Source of the DNA: Chara braunii
Lineage: Eukaryota; Plantae; Charophyceae
Direction: 5' to 3'
NCBI GenBank assembly: GCA_003427395.1
Contig: BFEA01000023.1
Coordinates: 1,579,937-1,643,936, forward strand
Length of the DNA: 64,000 bases
Shown here: piece after piece, positions 11,648 to 25,079 of the stretch
Numbering within the stretch: the stretch's first letter is position 1
Layout of the letters: every line of letters starts with the position of its first letter
Notes under the pieces: model-generated
Databases searched by the model: none
What the model was told of the DNA's origin: nothing
Seen by the model: only the letters and a program-made list of their open reading frames with translations
Position numbers and translations under genes: made by a program

Positions 11648-12329
11648 ACAAGAAAGAAGGAAAGAAAGGCAAAAAAAAAAGTGAAAAAGAAAAAATGGCT
11701 TTGTTATGCTTCGTATTGGCTTGTACCATGGATTTGCTAAAGATCCTGTGTAATGTGCTGAGGATAGTAAAAGCTTTGGCTTTAGCCGGACCCCCCCCAA
11801 AAAAAAAAAAACTCTTGAAGTGTTGATCGTATGAAAGCGGCCCCCTAAAAAAGCAAAATCCAAAGCGTAGAGTCCACCCTATGTTGTGCCAGTAATTGCG
11901 ATACAATACCTGCATCGGCGCCTTTTTTTTATATACATATATATATCGTCACAAACCCATTGGGGCAAGAGCTCAGATGCCCTTGGATTTGCAATTTTCC
12001 ATTTATTTAGCCTCTTCAGACGTCCTGTGTTTTTATTTTTTCCTTTCTTCACCCTCTCTGTCAGAGACTTAGAGGTGCTGACTGTTTTGCAAGTTTTAAC
12101 TTTTAAGAGTTCATGTCTGTCAGAGGTGCTGTTGTGCAAGTTTCAAGAGTTGTTTGGTTTGTTTGGGTTCTTGGGACTTTTTTTTTTTGCCATCGCATGA
12201 CGAGTCGTGAAGCAAGAGATTTTAGTATTTTACCTGACATTGTTATTATATGTTTTATTTGCTAGTATTATTTTCATTAGTGTGTCTTGTTATTTCTTTT
12301 CTTTTCTTTCCCTTTTCTGGTATGTGCAG

Positions 12330-12377
12330 GCATTGGATAAGGAAGATAATGGTTATATCGAGCCAGAGGCATTCAAG
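12330..12377 (+). CDS. EFCAB2: DRC8/EFCAB2-like exon (ALDKEDNGYIEPEAFK; EF-hand loop)
   Basis: Polypyrimidine tract plus tgcag| acceptor, |gtaacc donor, 48 nt in phase 0; DxxDNGYI EF-hand loop. Confidence 0.88.
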
Positions 12378-12479
12378 GTAACCGCCGCGAAAGTGGAAAA
12401 AGAAAAAGAGAAAAAGAAAAAAAAAAGTGAAGGGGTAGCAGATAATGTAAACTTTTGCACTAAGTCCGCCGCAGGCAGT

Positions 12480-12547
12480 CATGGAGCTTGAACTCACAAC
12501 ATCTTGAATGCCACTTGTGTGCCTAACCAACTGAGCTAGGCCGCTGG
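12480..12547 (-). mobile_element. tRNA-derived SINE head (same family as 15502)
   Basis: CCAGCGGCCTAGCTCAGTTGGTTAGGCACACAAGTGGCATTCAAGATGTTGTGAGTTCAAGCTCC. Confidence 0.7.
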
Positions 12548-13594
12548 CTCCGGATACCCATGATTTGTATTAGCAAGGGGGGTATATGACCAACACGGGT
12601 GTGAGTGTGATTGCGAGTGTGAGTGGGTTGTGTGTGGTGTGTGGGAGAGTGTTGGCCATAGCCTCTGCTGCTACTCAATGAGCCTGGGGTGGGGGACGAT
12701 GAGAAAGGGAGGCACAGCGGACCCCCACCGGCGGCCCCGTCCCATCTCTGACTACGGCTGTTGGGGCGGGGGGCAACATGATTTACCTCATTTGCAAGGN
12801 NNNNNNNNNNNNNNNNNNNNNNNNNNNNNNNNNNNNNNNNNNNNNNNNNNNNNNNNNNNNNNNNNNNNNNNNNNNNNNNNNNNNNNNNNNNNNNNNNNNN
12901 NNNNNNNNNNNNNNNNNNNNNNNNNNNNNNNNNNNNNNNNNNNNNNNNNNNNNNNNNNNNNNNNNNNNNNNNNNNNNNNNNNNNNNNNNNNNNNNNNNNN
13001 NNNNNNNNNNNNNNNNNNNNNNNNNNNNNNNNNNNNNNNNNNNNNNNNNNNNNNNNNNNNNNNNNNNNNNNNNNNNNNNNNNNNNNNNNNNNNNNNNNNN
13101 NNNNNNNNNNNNNNNNNNNNNNNNNNNNNNNNNNNNNNNNNNNNNNNNNNNNNNNNNNNNNNNNNNNNNNNNNNNNNNNNNNNNNNNNNNNNNNNNNNNN
13201 NNNNNNNNNNNNNNNNNNNNNNNNNNNNNNNNNNNNNNNNNNNNNNNNNNNNNNNNNNNNNNNNNNNNNNNNNNNNNNNNNNNNNNNNNNNNNNNNNNNN
13301 NNNNNNNNNNNNNNNNNNNNNNNNNNNNNNNNNNNNNNNNNNNNNNNNNNNNNNNNNNNNNNNNNNNNNNNNNNNNNNNNNNNNNNNNNNNNNNNNNNNN
13401 GGTTCGGAGGTGAAAGCCCTACCCCAGCTTGGGCCCCGGGGATCCCCGCGTGACAACCCTGATTGCTATTCCTGCTGCTGCTGCTGCTGGTGCTGCTGCT
13501 GATGATGATGATGATTGAATAACAATTTATGGACATTGTTCAACGAATCTCTGGTGTGGGTGAGATTGTTAATAACTTGAACTCAAATGTTTAA

Positions 13595-13735
13595 ACCACC
13601 AGTACTTCCGGAAGCCGCGCGTCGCATGCAGTCAGCCATTGCTAGAGTGTTGCGGCGTTTCTACTTCAATGATTTCCATTCATCGCAGCAGGTCGTGGCA
13701 TGCACGCGGCGGCCACTTTCTGAAGTACTGGTGGT
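13595..13735. mobile_element. TTAA-type MITE (TIR ACCACCAGTACTTC)
   Basis: 14-bp perfect TIR; TTAA on the left, degenerate on the right. Confidence 0.7.
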
Positions 13736-14504
13736 TGGACTTTTTTCCACAACTGTAAAGATTGTGATGGTGGAGAAGAGAAAGAAAAAGAGGGGATGGT
13801 GGTGGATAGCAGCAACTTTCGTTCCCCATCAACCACCACTTCGCACTCGGGGGCACGTCTGCAACAGAAAGATCGCAGCACCTTCCCTATCAGTACTGCC
13901 GGGTGTTGCTGGAGACTGAGCTCACGTTTCAGCGTGAGCAGGCTTTCTTCCACCGGGCAGTCTGGCATCGTGCAGCATGCCATTCAGTCTCACGTTTCAG
14001 CGTGAGCAGGCTCTCTTCCACCGGGCAGTCTGGCATCGTGCAGCATGCCATTGACGAGAACCCTCTTCTGTATCTGACAGGTATACAAGCTTTTTTTTTT
14101 TTTTTTGAAGCCAGTGTAGATCTGTTAGGGAAGGTGATAGGAGCAGCCTCCCCTAGTAGACCTAGGACAGGCTTGGAAGCTCATATATCTCCACCTGTTC
14201 CCCTCCTCCCACACTTCATTGTAGTTCTTTGCTCTATACCAACAGCCCACCCTTCCATTTTCAAAATTCTTACCCGATTGCCGACAAAACTCCACTCACC
14301 CTCGCCCCTTCATCTGTTCGTTTCAGACTCAAGTTTGCTGCACGGTTATGGCGAGTTTAACATGGACATCAGACAAGTTCCCAAGCTCAAGGCATACTCA
14401 CAGTACAACTTTTTCCCCTTCTCCCTGGACGTATTACCGGTTAGGTGCATCCTGGCGATGTCGGAAAAGCTATCATATAATTCCTGTGAAAGTGCTACTG
14501 TGAA

Positions 14505-14542
<38 letters not shown>

Positions 14543-15501
14543 GAGCCTCTTGGTTCTGGCTCCTGCCATTCTGCGGAGCGACAGTCCGGTTCCTATTCCC
14601 CCGGCAAGTCAATGAATAGTACAAGGTTGACTCACCCCACGCTCCTCCCCATTATGGTTGAGAGGCCCGAGCGGACGGCGTTGATTACTTCCAGTAGGAA
14701 GGATGTACCACCGCTCACCCCTGCCTAAGTTAGCCTGTTGTAGCTAGTCTTTTGTATGGCTTTGTATGCCTAATCCGTCACTGGTTGCTCCTCTCAGCTG
14801 CATGGCTGTCAGTTATTGCATGTGTCTCTAGAGCAAACTGCGACTGTTGAACTCTGTTGGTTTCACTAAAAACCCCTTTTCAATCTAAACCCTAAAAAAG
14901 GCTCTTCAATCTGCATTACAGAACTCCAAGCTTCGCTTATTCTGCACCGTACCGTTGCATATCCGCCAACGCAGTTAATGGGGAGGGAACGGGTCCGGGA
15001 ACTCTGCGGGTGTTCACAACGGCACTCCTTGGTCCGCTTTAGTCCATTCCTTGAAGCAGATGCAGTAGTCTCTGCTGAAGTCTACCTGCTCCTGCCCGGG
15101 AGACTGTCCACCCTCCCATCGGATATAGGCAATCCAGCCCCCTTTTTCGCTACCCAGCCAGTCCCCTGAGAATTGATTGATTGCTTGTGTGATGTCTTTC
15201 TTTCAGTGATATGTCTTTTTTTTTTTTTTTTCTCTTGCTGTATATACTGTTTAATTATTTCTGTTACTTCTCCTTCCATGCCAACTCCCTCAATGGTGTA
15301 TGTGCAGCACTTCCTCCAAAGTGCCCAATACCCTCAGTCTGTCCGAAAGGTCTGGGCACCCAACCAACCTCTCCCCCCCCCCTGGAAAAAAAAGAAAAGA
15401 AAAGAAAAGAAAAGAAAAGAAATGTCTGGGCCCTGGGGACAGGTCCTACCGACCATGATTCTTCATTTCTGACCTTCGAGTATGAAGATCAACGGCTCAT
15501 C

Positions 15502-15895
15502 CAGCGGCCTAGCTCAGTTGGTAAGGCTTGCAAGTGGCATTCAAGTCGTGGGTTCAATCCCCATTGGGCTCATGTACCTTCCTAGGCATGCTTGGTGCCT
15601 GCGACCTAGGGATAGACCACTGGATCCCCTCGATCGGCATTGAGCAGAGTCTGCTGATGTTCCTAGGGGTGGGGACCACCACCTGAGGGGAGGCACAGGG
15701 ATTGGTTCGGTTGGCATGGTCCCTGATGCTACCGGCTGTCCCCTGGCCGGTATCGCCCACCTGCAGGTCGGGAGCAGCCCCCGCATGTTCTCTCCTGAAC
15801 ACGGTTCTGGCTGCTACGGGTTCCCCCGTATGACTATAATTACAAGTAGTAGTAGGTAGTGTGAGGTGAAATTGAGAGAAGGATGTAGCTTACTT

Positions 15896-15926
<31 letters not shown>
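15502..15926 (+). mobile_element. tRNA-derived SINE (A box TAGCTCAGTTGG, B box GGTTCAATCCC, body, tail, poly(A))
   Basis: Head is repeated inverted at 12480-12547. Tail GTAGGTAGTG..AGGTGAAA.TGAGAGAAG is shared with 11370-11430 and 39802-39880 (-). Confidence 0.7.
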
Positions 15927-15931
<5 letters not shown>

Positions 15932-16460
15932 TAATAATCAGGGCAAGTGGGACTAGGTCCTTGGTAAAAGCTAGGGAGCTGGGAAACTGAACTTGCATTA
16001 CTGACCTCACTTTTCAAGGAGAGGGAAGGAAAAAAGAACTGCATTATTGAGCTTCTTTGAAGTGTACTTCGCCAGTATTGCATGCCAGGTGCATCATCTC
16101 CAAATGGATGGCATCAGCATCTGCTTATGTCAAAGACTGGAGTGGAATATTAAGGGCCTTGGCACACCACCATCGAAGCGAAAAACGTGTGGTTGCACGT
16201 TCAGACAGAGAGTGGCATGATTCATTCGTTTCCATTTTTTTTATTTTTTTTTTAAACGTACTATTCATAATTTAATAGTAACGGATGCATCTTGGCATGT
16301 ACTTTTTTAAAGTTTCTTTTTTTGTTTCGACAGTGGTCTGCCAAGGCACCGAATCCGTGAAATCTCTGCCGTATGCATCCTCTTACGGTGTTTCTCAAGT
16401 TATATCTGATAATCATGTTCAACAGTTCAACGACTAATTTTTTCTTATGTTTTGACGGTG

Positions 16461-16498
<38 letters not shown>

Positions 16499-16505
16499 AA
16501 AACAG

Positions 16506-16676
16506 GAGATCATGACAACCAAAGGAGAAATCTTCTCTCCTGAAGAAATGGAGGCAGCTTTATCTGTGGCGGCCGACAAGGACACGGGTGTAATTTACTA
16601 CGAAGACTATGCTGCACTTTTGGCGCAAGACGGAAGGATAGAGACTGAGAAGAAAGACGGACCAGAGAAGGCTTGA
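16506..16676 (+). CDS. EFCAB2: DRC8/EFCAB2-like terminal exon (EIMTTKGEIFSPEEMEAALSVAADKDTGVIYYEDYAALLAQDGRIETEKKDGPEKA*)
   Basis: aacag| acceptor. 'MTxxGExFSxEEMExxLSxAxD...IxYxDY' matches the EFCAB2/DRC8 C-terminus as recalled. TGA at 16674-16676. Confidence 0.88.
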   Translation, partial: EIMTTKGEIFSPEEMEAALSVAADKDTGVIYYEDYAALLAQDGRIETEKKDGPEKA

Positions 16677-17348
16677 TTGACCAAAAAAGAAAAAAAAGGG
16701 GAAAAAAAAAAAGAGCATTGAATGGATATGACTGCTGACCTAAATGTGAATTTGGAAATATGAATTTTGTTGTACGTACAACATACTTTTTTTTTTCAGT
16801 TTTTTTTCAGTTTTTTTATTTTTTACTCGAGTTTGGTTGGGAATTCGGGGATGACTCCCAGGCGTTTGTATCATGATTCTGCATAACATATATTTGTTAC
16901 AGAATTTTGTTTTCATTTTTGTTGTTTTTTTTTTTCTTGCTTTTTTTAATAATTATTTCAATTTATTATTTTTTTGTGTTTTTAGATTTTAACTCGAGTT
17001 TGGTACAGAATTTTCAGATGGGTCTCGGGCAAAACTTGTTTGAAATATCATTTTGCATACCATACTTTTTTTTTCAGATTTTAATATTTTATCATTTTTT
17101 CGATCTGTTTGTTTGTTTGTTTGGTTGTTTTTTTACGTATTCCCACGTACGGGAGTACGTGTACGCGCGTAAGTGTCGCGTACCGGAATACGTGTACACA
17201 TGTGCGCACAACCCACATTCACTTACGCCGTGCTACCCAGGAACTCGACAGAAGTCAATATGGAAAAAAAAAATAAAAAAAATGGATATAGAATAATAGA
17301 AGTCAACAAGGAGAAATGGCACCAACTGCAGACATCGCCAAACAACAT

Positions 17349-17455
17349 AAAAATTTGGACCCTTTTTCTCGATTTATGCGTGTCATCCTTGCGCAGTGGC
17401 CATGCTAATCTTCCTTCTCTGTATCATTCCTATTTTAACAGATGTCCCGAAGGAC
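17349..17455 (-). pseudogene. U6: U6 snRNA retrocopy, full length, 11-bp TSD
   Basis: GTCCTTCGGGACATC...ACAGAGAAGGAAGATTAGCATGG...GGTCCAAATTTT; flanking direct repeat AAACAACATAA at 17340-17350 and 17457-17467. Confidence 0.92.
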
Positions 17456-17495
17456 GAAACAACATAACAGTGATAACATAGCAAACATGAAATCC

Positions 17496-17582
<87 letters not shown>

Positions 17583-18168
17583 ACANNNNNNNNNNNNNNN
17601 NNNNNNNNNNNNACTTCGCAGAGTCCATAAATACGGCCACAGTAACAGGTCTGCACGAAGCTATCATCGAGGAGCAGAACCACATACTTGCATTTTTTTC
17701 TTAATTTTCAAAATTTTTAATTTCTTGGAAAAAACAAAAGTCAGACAAGATGGCTTTTGAAATACGGGCCAAAGTAACCATGAGATGAAGGTGAAATTCA
17801 GAACAATAAATAAATAAAGAAATAAAGAAAACGCTGGTCAGAAGTAGCTTACCAGAAAGAAGCCTTGTATCTGAAAAAAAGAAAGAAATTAAATATGCTC
17901 ACTGTAACAAGAGAGGAGAATTGCAAGAAGCTACCACGCCCAACTGTCTGTCCACAAATTTAGGAGGGAGCAGGTCATCTCTAAAATTGCAGACAGACAG
18001 TTTTAAAATTGAAACGATTTTGTTTGTTAAAAAAAAAAAAAAAAAAAAGGTGAATTCTCGCAATCGCCCTCCAACTTGAAACTTTTTCGCATGCACAATA
18101 ACCTTGTGCGCTATCGCCAACAAAATGCAGCGGATAATTGGCGTCAGTTTCAGTGTGTCATCTTTGGC

Positions 18169-18244
<76 letters not shown>

Positions 18245-18504
18245 ACAAAAGCAGCAACAAAAAAGCCCAGGCAGCATTCAGCCTAGAGTGTCAACCTATC
18301 ACAAGGTGAGCAGAGAGCAGATAAAAGACGACCACATTCAGAGAACCTCTGACATCGAAACGAGGGCCCGGTAGCTGGCAGTCTGTATCAGCAGGTCAGC
18401 TGATAAGGCACCGACGCATGTCGGCAGAAGCAAAAGACGTCGAGACGAGGGCCCAGTAGCTGTCAGTCTGTATGAGCATGTCAGCTGATAAGGCACCGCC
18501 GCAT

Positions 18505-19075
18505 GTCCAGCACAACCCAACCTGATCCAGTGTCCAGTGTAACCCAACCCAACCTGGGTGCAGTGTAAACCAACCTGGGTTCAGCGTAACCCAACCTGGT
18601 CCAGTGTAACCCAACCTGGTCCAGTGTAACCCAACCTGGTCCAGCACAACCCAACCTGGTTCAGTGTAAGTGTAACACAACCCGGATGCAGTGTAGACCA
18701 ACCTGGGTCCCGCGTAAGCCAACCTGGTCCAGTGTGACCCAACCTGGTCCATCATTATCCAGCGTGGTTCAGCGTGTAGCCCAATCCCTGACTCCAGCAT
18801 AACCGGACCTGGGTCCAGCATAACCGGACCTGGGTCCAGCATAACCCAACCTGGTCCAGTGTAGCCCAAGCCAGCCCAATGTAAGTCCAATCTGGTCCAG
18901 CGTAATCCAACCTGGTCCATTGTAACCCAACCTGGTCCTGTGTAACCTAACCTGGGTCCATTGTAACCCAACGTTGGTCCAGCATAACCCAACCTGGTTC
19001 AGTGTAACCCAACATGGCCTAGCATCATCCAACCTGGCTGGGTGCAACCCAACCTTGATCCAGCATAACCCAGTT
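18505..19075. repeat. 20-21-bp minisatellite (CCTGGTCCAGTGTAACCCAA)n
   Basis: More than 20 degenerate head-to-tail units. Confidence 0.9.
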
Positions 19076-19674
19076 GGGCTAACTGATAAGAGAGAGAAAG
19101 AGAGGAGGAGACCACACCACAGTACACACAACTCTATCGATGGTACCGGCGGACAATAGTGCCAAGGACAGGGATCGTAAAATCAGGCTAGCGAGCAGGG
19201 CGGGAGGGGTAGTACTGTAATAGCGACAATAGTGCCAAGGACAGGGTTCGTCAAATCAGGCTAGCAAGCAGGCTGTGAGGGGTAATACCGCAATAGTGAG
19301 CGGGCTTGAAGGACGATCATGAAGAGAGCCTGCCGACAGGAATGGCAAAAACAAAATAAAAACATGTTAATGTCAAATGGTCGCACGACGGTCCACATTT
19401 GATCTTTCGGTCATTAAAAAATGATGATGGATTCAATAAATCAAATGGATAACCGTATTAACCGAAGATTCATGATATCCATCAACGATTTGTGGTAACG
19501 CTCACTCAATCGGTTGTGGTAAGGTTCAATCTTTATGTATATGGCCGAGATATTGTACTGTGTACATTTGGGCAAAAACAAACAAAAAAGTGAAAAAAAA
19601 AAAAAAAAAAACTCGTACGTTTTCGCTAAGACAGTCAGTCTGTACTTTAATCAGCCGCAGGACCTCCTCCGTCC

Positions 19675-19746
19675 GTGCACGCACGGGTTCGAACCGGCGC
19701 CCTCAGCTTCAAGAGCCGAGTTTCTTAACCACTACAGCCATGACAC
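19675..19746 (-). mobile_element. tRNA-Gln-like pseudogene or SINE head
   Basis: A box TGGCTGTAGTGG; anticodon arm CTCGGC-TCTTGAA-GCTGAG; B box GGTTCGAACCC; acceptor stem imperfect. Confidence 0.65.
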
Positions 19747-21000
19747 GGTGTACAAAAGTGGATCCATGCCGGTCGTCAGACGGACTCAGAACTGATTAAA
19801 AAAAAAAAAGAAGAAAAGAACCATCAATGCTGCTGTCCTAGGGTCCGTCATATACTGGGAGGAGATTTACATTGCACGACCTCTCTCTCTCTCTTGTAAA
19901 GGGATTCTGAATCTGGTTTTCAACTTTTTCAGCTCAAAATAAATTTACCGGCTTCTACGTGAAAACGAAAAGAGAGGAGAGAGACCGCGATACCAGTCTC
20001 TCAAGAGGGTGTTTTNNNNNNNNNNNNNNNNNNNNNNNNNNNNNNNNNNNNNNNNNNNNNNNNNNNNNNNNNNNNNNNNNNNNNNNNNNNNNNNNNNNNN
20101 NNNNNNNNNNNNNNNNNNNNNNNNNNNNNNNNNNNNNNNNNNNNNNNNNNNNNNNNNNNNNNNNNNNNNNNNNNNNNNNNNNNNNNNNNNNNNNNNNNNN
20201 NNNNNNNNNNNNNNNNNNNNNNNNNNNNNNNNNNNNNNNNNNNNNNNNNNNNNNNNNNNNNNNNNNNNNNNNNNNNNNNNNNNNNNNNNNNNNNNNNNNN
20301 NNNNNNNNNNNNNNNNNNNNNNNNNNNNNNNNNNNNNNNNNNNNNNNNNNNNNNNNNNNNNNNNNNNNNNNNNNNNNNNNNNNNNNNNNNNNNNNNNNNN
20401 NNNNNNNNNNNNNNNNNNNNNNNNNNNNNNNNNNNNNNNNNNNNNNNNNNNNNNNNNNNNNNNNNNNNNNNNNNNNNNNNNNNNNNNNNNNNNNNNNNNN
20501 NNNNNNNNNNNNNNNNNNNNNNNNNNNNNNNNNNNNNNNNNNNNNNNNNNNNNNNNNNNNNNNNNNNNNNNNNNNNNNNNNNNNNNNNNNNNNNNNNNNN
20601 NNNNNNNNNNNNNNNNNNNNNNNNNNNNNNNNNNNNNNNNNNNNNNNNNNNNNNNNNNNNNNNNNNNNNNNNNNNNNNNNNNNNNNNNNNNNNNNNNNNN
20701 NNNNNNNNNNNNNNNNNNNNNNNNNNNNNNNNNNNNNNNNNNNNNNNNNNNNNNNNNNNNNNNNNNNNNNNNNNNNNNNNNNNNNNNNNNNNNNNNNNNN
20801 NNNNNNNNNNNNNNNNNNNNNNNNNNNNNNNNNNNNNNNNNNNNNNNNNNNNNNNNNNNNNNNNNNNNNNNNNNNNNNNNNNNNNNNNNNNNNNNNNNNN
20901 NNNNNNNNNNNNNNNNNNNNNNNNNNNNNNNNNNNNNNNNNNNNNNNNNNNNNNNNNNNNNNNNNNNNNNNNNNNNNNNNNNNNNNNNNNNNNNNNNNNN

Positions 21001-21047
<47 letters not shown>

Positions 21048-21281
21048 CATCAGTGACTGTCAAGCTGCTCACACCATACATAAGGCCCACCACCTCATAC
21101 GTAGCCTGTGATTTCACTTCCCGGTATTTTCTTTCGCGAGTCAGTAACGACATAAATTAGGAATAAGAAGATGAAAAACGTGGTTCTGCTAAAACACAAG
21201 TGCATGCCACTGCACTTCAAAAAAAAAAAACAGAAGAAAACTTCAAAACAGTGCATGCCTTGGAGCAACACAAGTGCACTG

Positions 21282-21322
<41 letters not shown>

Positions 21323-24300
21323 AACACAAACACAAACACAAGTGCACTCATTGGAGCAAGGCACTGAAACAGCCACTAAGGATGGAATCGCAGTCTTCTA
21401 ACCTGGCATGCAATTCTAACGGAGCAAAAGAAAGAAAACGTGGTTCCGCTAAAAAACAAGTGCATGCCACCGCACTTCAACATGAGTGGCCTGATTCCTG
21501 CCTGGCCCTCTTGAAGGCTAACAATAGCCTTTAAGGACGGAATAGTCGTTCTTCTAACGACGGAACGGAGTCTAAGGACAGGATCTATAGATTTACTATA
21601 CAACTAGACACATCAAGTTCACGATAGCAAGCGCCCCTTCGATGTTCAAGCTATAAAAAGTATATCGAACATAGGACGGAAGACGCGGCACAACAAGTTA
21701 CGCTACTTCGATGTCCAAGCTAAGAAGTACGTGCAGACACGGTACAGCATTCGTTCGATGCTCAAGCTATAAGGAGTACGTCAAACTTAGGAAGGAAAAC
21801 ACAGCGCATATGACAAGGGGTCATAAGAGGCCACTGCCTGGCATGTGAGTTGTGAAACGTCCCCTCGATGAAGACTTCATTGGTGAGTTTTCAAAGGATA
21901 AGTGGATGGTGGTGGAGCGAATTGGGGCTTGGGGCAGTTGGGGGTGGTTGGGGAGTGTTCGGTCGCCAACCAGTTAGGGCAGACTTCAGTAGAGAGAACC
22001 TGAAAGGCGCTGCTACAACGAACAAATGACTTCAGCTCAGTGGCTGGCCATTATAACGAGTGCTGCAAGCCCAGCGGAAAAACCGCATTTGGAAGTCCTC
22101 TACGACGGTGCCTTGAAACGGGAACAGGAGGCGGAAGAAGAGAGGAAAGATGATCAATTCACAATGATCGATTCTAGAATCTGTACCCGTGCTGAGCACA
22201 GAAGAGTGCGCGGACAAGATGCACGAATAAATGACAGTGGTTCCACAGGGTAGCAGTGAGAGGGTGTGGCTTGGGAGCGGGTGGCGGCAAGGGAGGAGGA
22301 GGGGGCGGGGGGGGGATGGGGGAGAGTGGAGTGAGGGTAAGATTGTCAAACTCAAGATTGCAATGAGTCAAATGTTACCGCAGTAATTCCTGTTACAGAA
22401 AAGCGTGACGACATTCTCACAGCAAGGTGAGTGGTGTCATTTTTTGACGCACGCAGGACACTCGTCTTAAACAAACAAACAAACAAACAAACTCGTGCCG
22501 GAAAGGACGGACTCCGCGGTGTTCGCGGCGTTCGCGGCGTTCGAGGCGTTTGAGGCGTTCGCGTATCAAGTTGAAAGGATCAGCACAACTTCACACGGCG
22601 TTTAGCGTTCGCGCATTAGTCCACCGCTGCCTGCCTACGTACTTCCTGTTTTGCGTAGTGAAAGGTGGAAAGAGCACTGACGCAAGGATAAGAGAGTCAT
22701 ATCAGAAGCGACTTCGTCCAGTTCAACCCCTTTATAACTGCCTTTACAACGCGGGGGGCGCGCATGATGTCGACCCGGCTTTCTCCTGGTGGGACAATTG
22801 TCACCTGGTCAAGGGTACACAGTACGCACACAAAAAGAACACAGACAGACGAATATACAAAAGAAAGAGGACATGTCTATGAGAGATTGTGTTTGTTTGT
22901 TGCTTTTTGGTTTGCTTTCCTGATAAAGCACAAGGAAAAAGAATAGGAGAGGAAGGTCCAGTTCCCCATTTTCCCTCATTAAGTGAATTTATAAACCTGT
23001 TCTACAGTGTTCAGTTAATCCCCTGGAAGGCTGGAACTCAGGGTGATCAATGCTGGCAGGTGCTTTTTTTTTTCTTGTTTTTTTTTAAGGCAGCTGGCAG
23101 GCCCATTTTCACATTCCTAAAAAAAAAAAAAAAAAAAAAAAAACAAACAAACAAACAAACAAACAAACAAACAAACAAACAAAAACAAAACAAAACAAAA
23201 CAAAACAAAACAGAAGGAAAAAAACTTGAAAAAAGAAGAGCACAAGTCTGCAGTAAGTGAAAGAAGCTGAGACAAACAATTTTAATTTTCAACTGGTTCG
23301 GAGCAAGCACTGAGGCAATTCGAAGTTAAACAAAACGGCCAAAAAAAACTTAAAAAAGGTATAAAAAAAAAAAAGTAGATCACCATCGTGACGGAGTCCG
23401 TGCATTTTTCAGGTCGCCGCATTTCATTCTCTCCTCCCTCCCACCCTCTCTTCAAAACTGTGGATTCGAAATTGTTGAAAAACTTAGAAAAAACTTCAAA
23501 AAACTTCAAAAAACTTCAAAAAAGCCTTTTTTTTTGCCCCCCCCTCATGCGTTCAATTTTGCGTTTAAAAAATCCCAAAAAAAATCAATAGACAATAATT
23601 GTGAATTGGAAAATTTTCGATTCATTTTAGTCATTTTTAATGATTCTCAATTTTGACTAGGATTTTTTTTTTTGGTTTTTTTGAAGACTGATCGGAATAG
23701 GATGGTTCACGGACGCAATAGGCAACCAGCAAGCACGAGGCAATCTTTTTTTTTTTTTTTTTCAGCAAGCAATGAGCCCAAGTCTCTCTCCAGGCCATTC
23801 CATATGCTGCAAAACCCCGGGGTTCCCCCCAGACCAGTCAAACTTGCCCAGATACGTCCAAACGCACTCACGGGGTTTCCAGTAGTCGTTGTTGGATGCT
23901 GGGGTTGCCTACGATATTCGATCTGAGTGAATGTGGGCTGCAAGGCCGTCGGAGTACCGCCAAAGGAGAGAACCCCTAATAGAACAGCATTGCATCTGAA
24001 AGTGGGTTTATTGAGGGGTAGCCTAGCCTGGCAAATCGGACTTAGTGAAGTGCCAGCAAGTTATAAGCCTCGCTGCTGCTAAATGTCCAATCTTTGCGAT
24101 GATAGGCACTGCTCGACAATCTTTTCAGCTCTCCTTTTCACACGCATCAAAGATGACGAGGCGTGCGATTCAACTCCCACAGTCCAAAAGGACTAAATAG
24201 GAAATAATTGAGAAATAGCATGTATTTAGTTGCTTTGCAAGCCAGGTACACACAACTTACGCTGCGGCTTTATGGACATAAAAGTAAATGTTCATACTAC

Positions 24301-24563
24301 CAGGGGTGACAAGAACAAATACAAAAAAACATAATCAGTGAGATTACACAGGCAGAGCCTGCACTCTACCATTCCATCAATGTGGCGGTCTGTCATAAAC
24401 GTATATGCTCGTGAAGCCAACGGCACCGCCATGACATGCCTACGGTTTCATGCGAAGAGAACACCCGGAATGTAGACTGAAAGTCGCACAGATTACAACG
24501 ATAAATTTATTAAATTGAATAAATCCCGATAATGATAATGACTGAGCGTTCTATTAGGATGAC

Positions 24564-24920
24564 AATGGTAGCTAAACATAATCCACATCATCACACAGAT
24601 GCATGCAGAATAGTAGCTGAACATAGTCCACATCATCCCACAGATGCATGCAGAATCCACATCATCGCACAGATGCATGCAGGATGGTAGCTGAACATAG
24701 TCCACATCATCGCACAGATGCATGCAGCATGGTAGCTGAACATAGTCCACATCATCGCACAGATGCATGCAGNATGGTAGCTGAACATAGTCCACATCAT
24801 CGCACAGATGCATGCAGCATGGTAGCTGAACATAGTCCACATCATCGCACAGATGCATGCAGAATCAATATCATCACGCAGATGCATGCAGTCCACATCA
24901 TTGCACAGATACATGCAGAA
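24564..24920. repeat. 45-bp minisatellite (ATGGTAGCTGAACATAGTCCACATCATCGCACAGATGCATGCAGC)n
   Basis: Four near-identical central units plus degenerate or partial flanking units. Confidence 0.92.
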
Positions 24921-25039
24921 TGGTGGCGGCAATGGGGGCAGGTCACCATGCAAAGTGGCAGCAATCAGGCAAAGGAGTGGGCTTGGTGACAACTGTCATC
25001 AGTTGTGTACAGAATGAAAGTAGACCGTTGACCCTGAAA

Positions 25040-25077
<38 letters not shown>

Positions 25078-25079
<2 letters not shown>

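Noticed and set aside
14200-14510. Possible minus-strand LINE endonuclease remnant (MLNSP...GEGEWSFVGNR)
   Set aside because: Only a faint resemblance across broken frames; a profile search is needed.
15708-15752. GGCATGGTCCC resembling the HDV ribozyme 5' end
   Set aside because: No P3/L3 or P1/P2 nested pseudoknot can be built; only a simple TACCGGC/GCCGGTA hairpin.
18505-19075. Interstitial telomere (TAACCC)
   Set aside because: TAACCC occurs once per 20-21-bp unit, not as a 6-7-bp tandem.
22026-22253. 75-aa ORF with plausible composition
   Set aside because: No recognisable motif and no consistent splice structure linking it to other exons.
24564-24920. CRISPR-like periodicity (also 29221-29335 and 18505-19075)
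   Set aside because: Units are head-to-tail with no unique spacers, there are no cas genes, and the context is eukaryotic.
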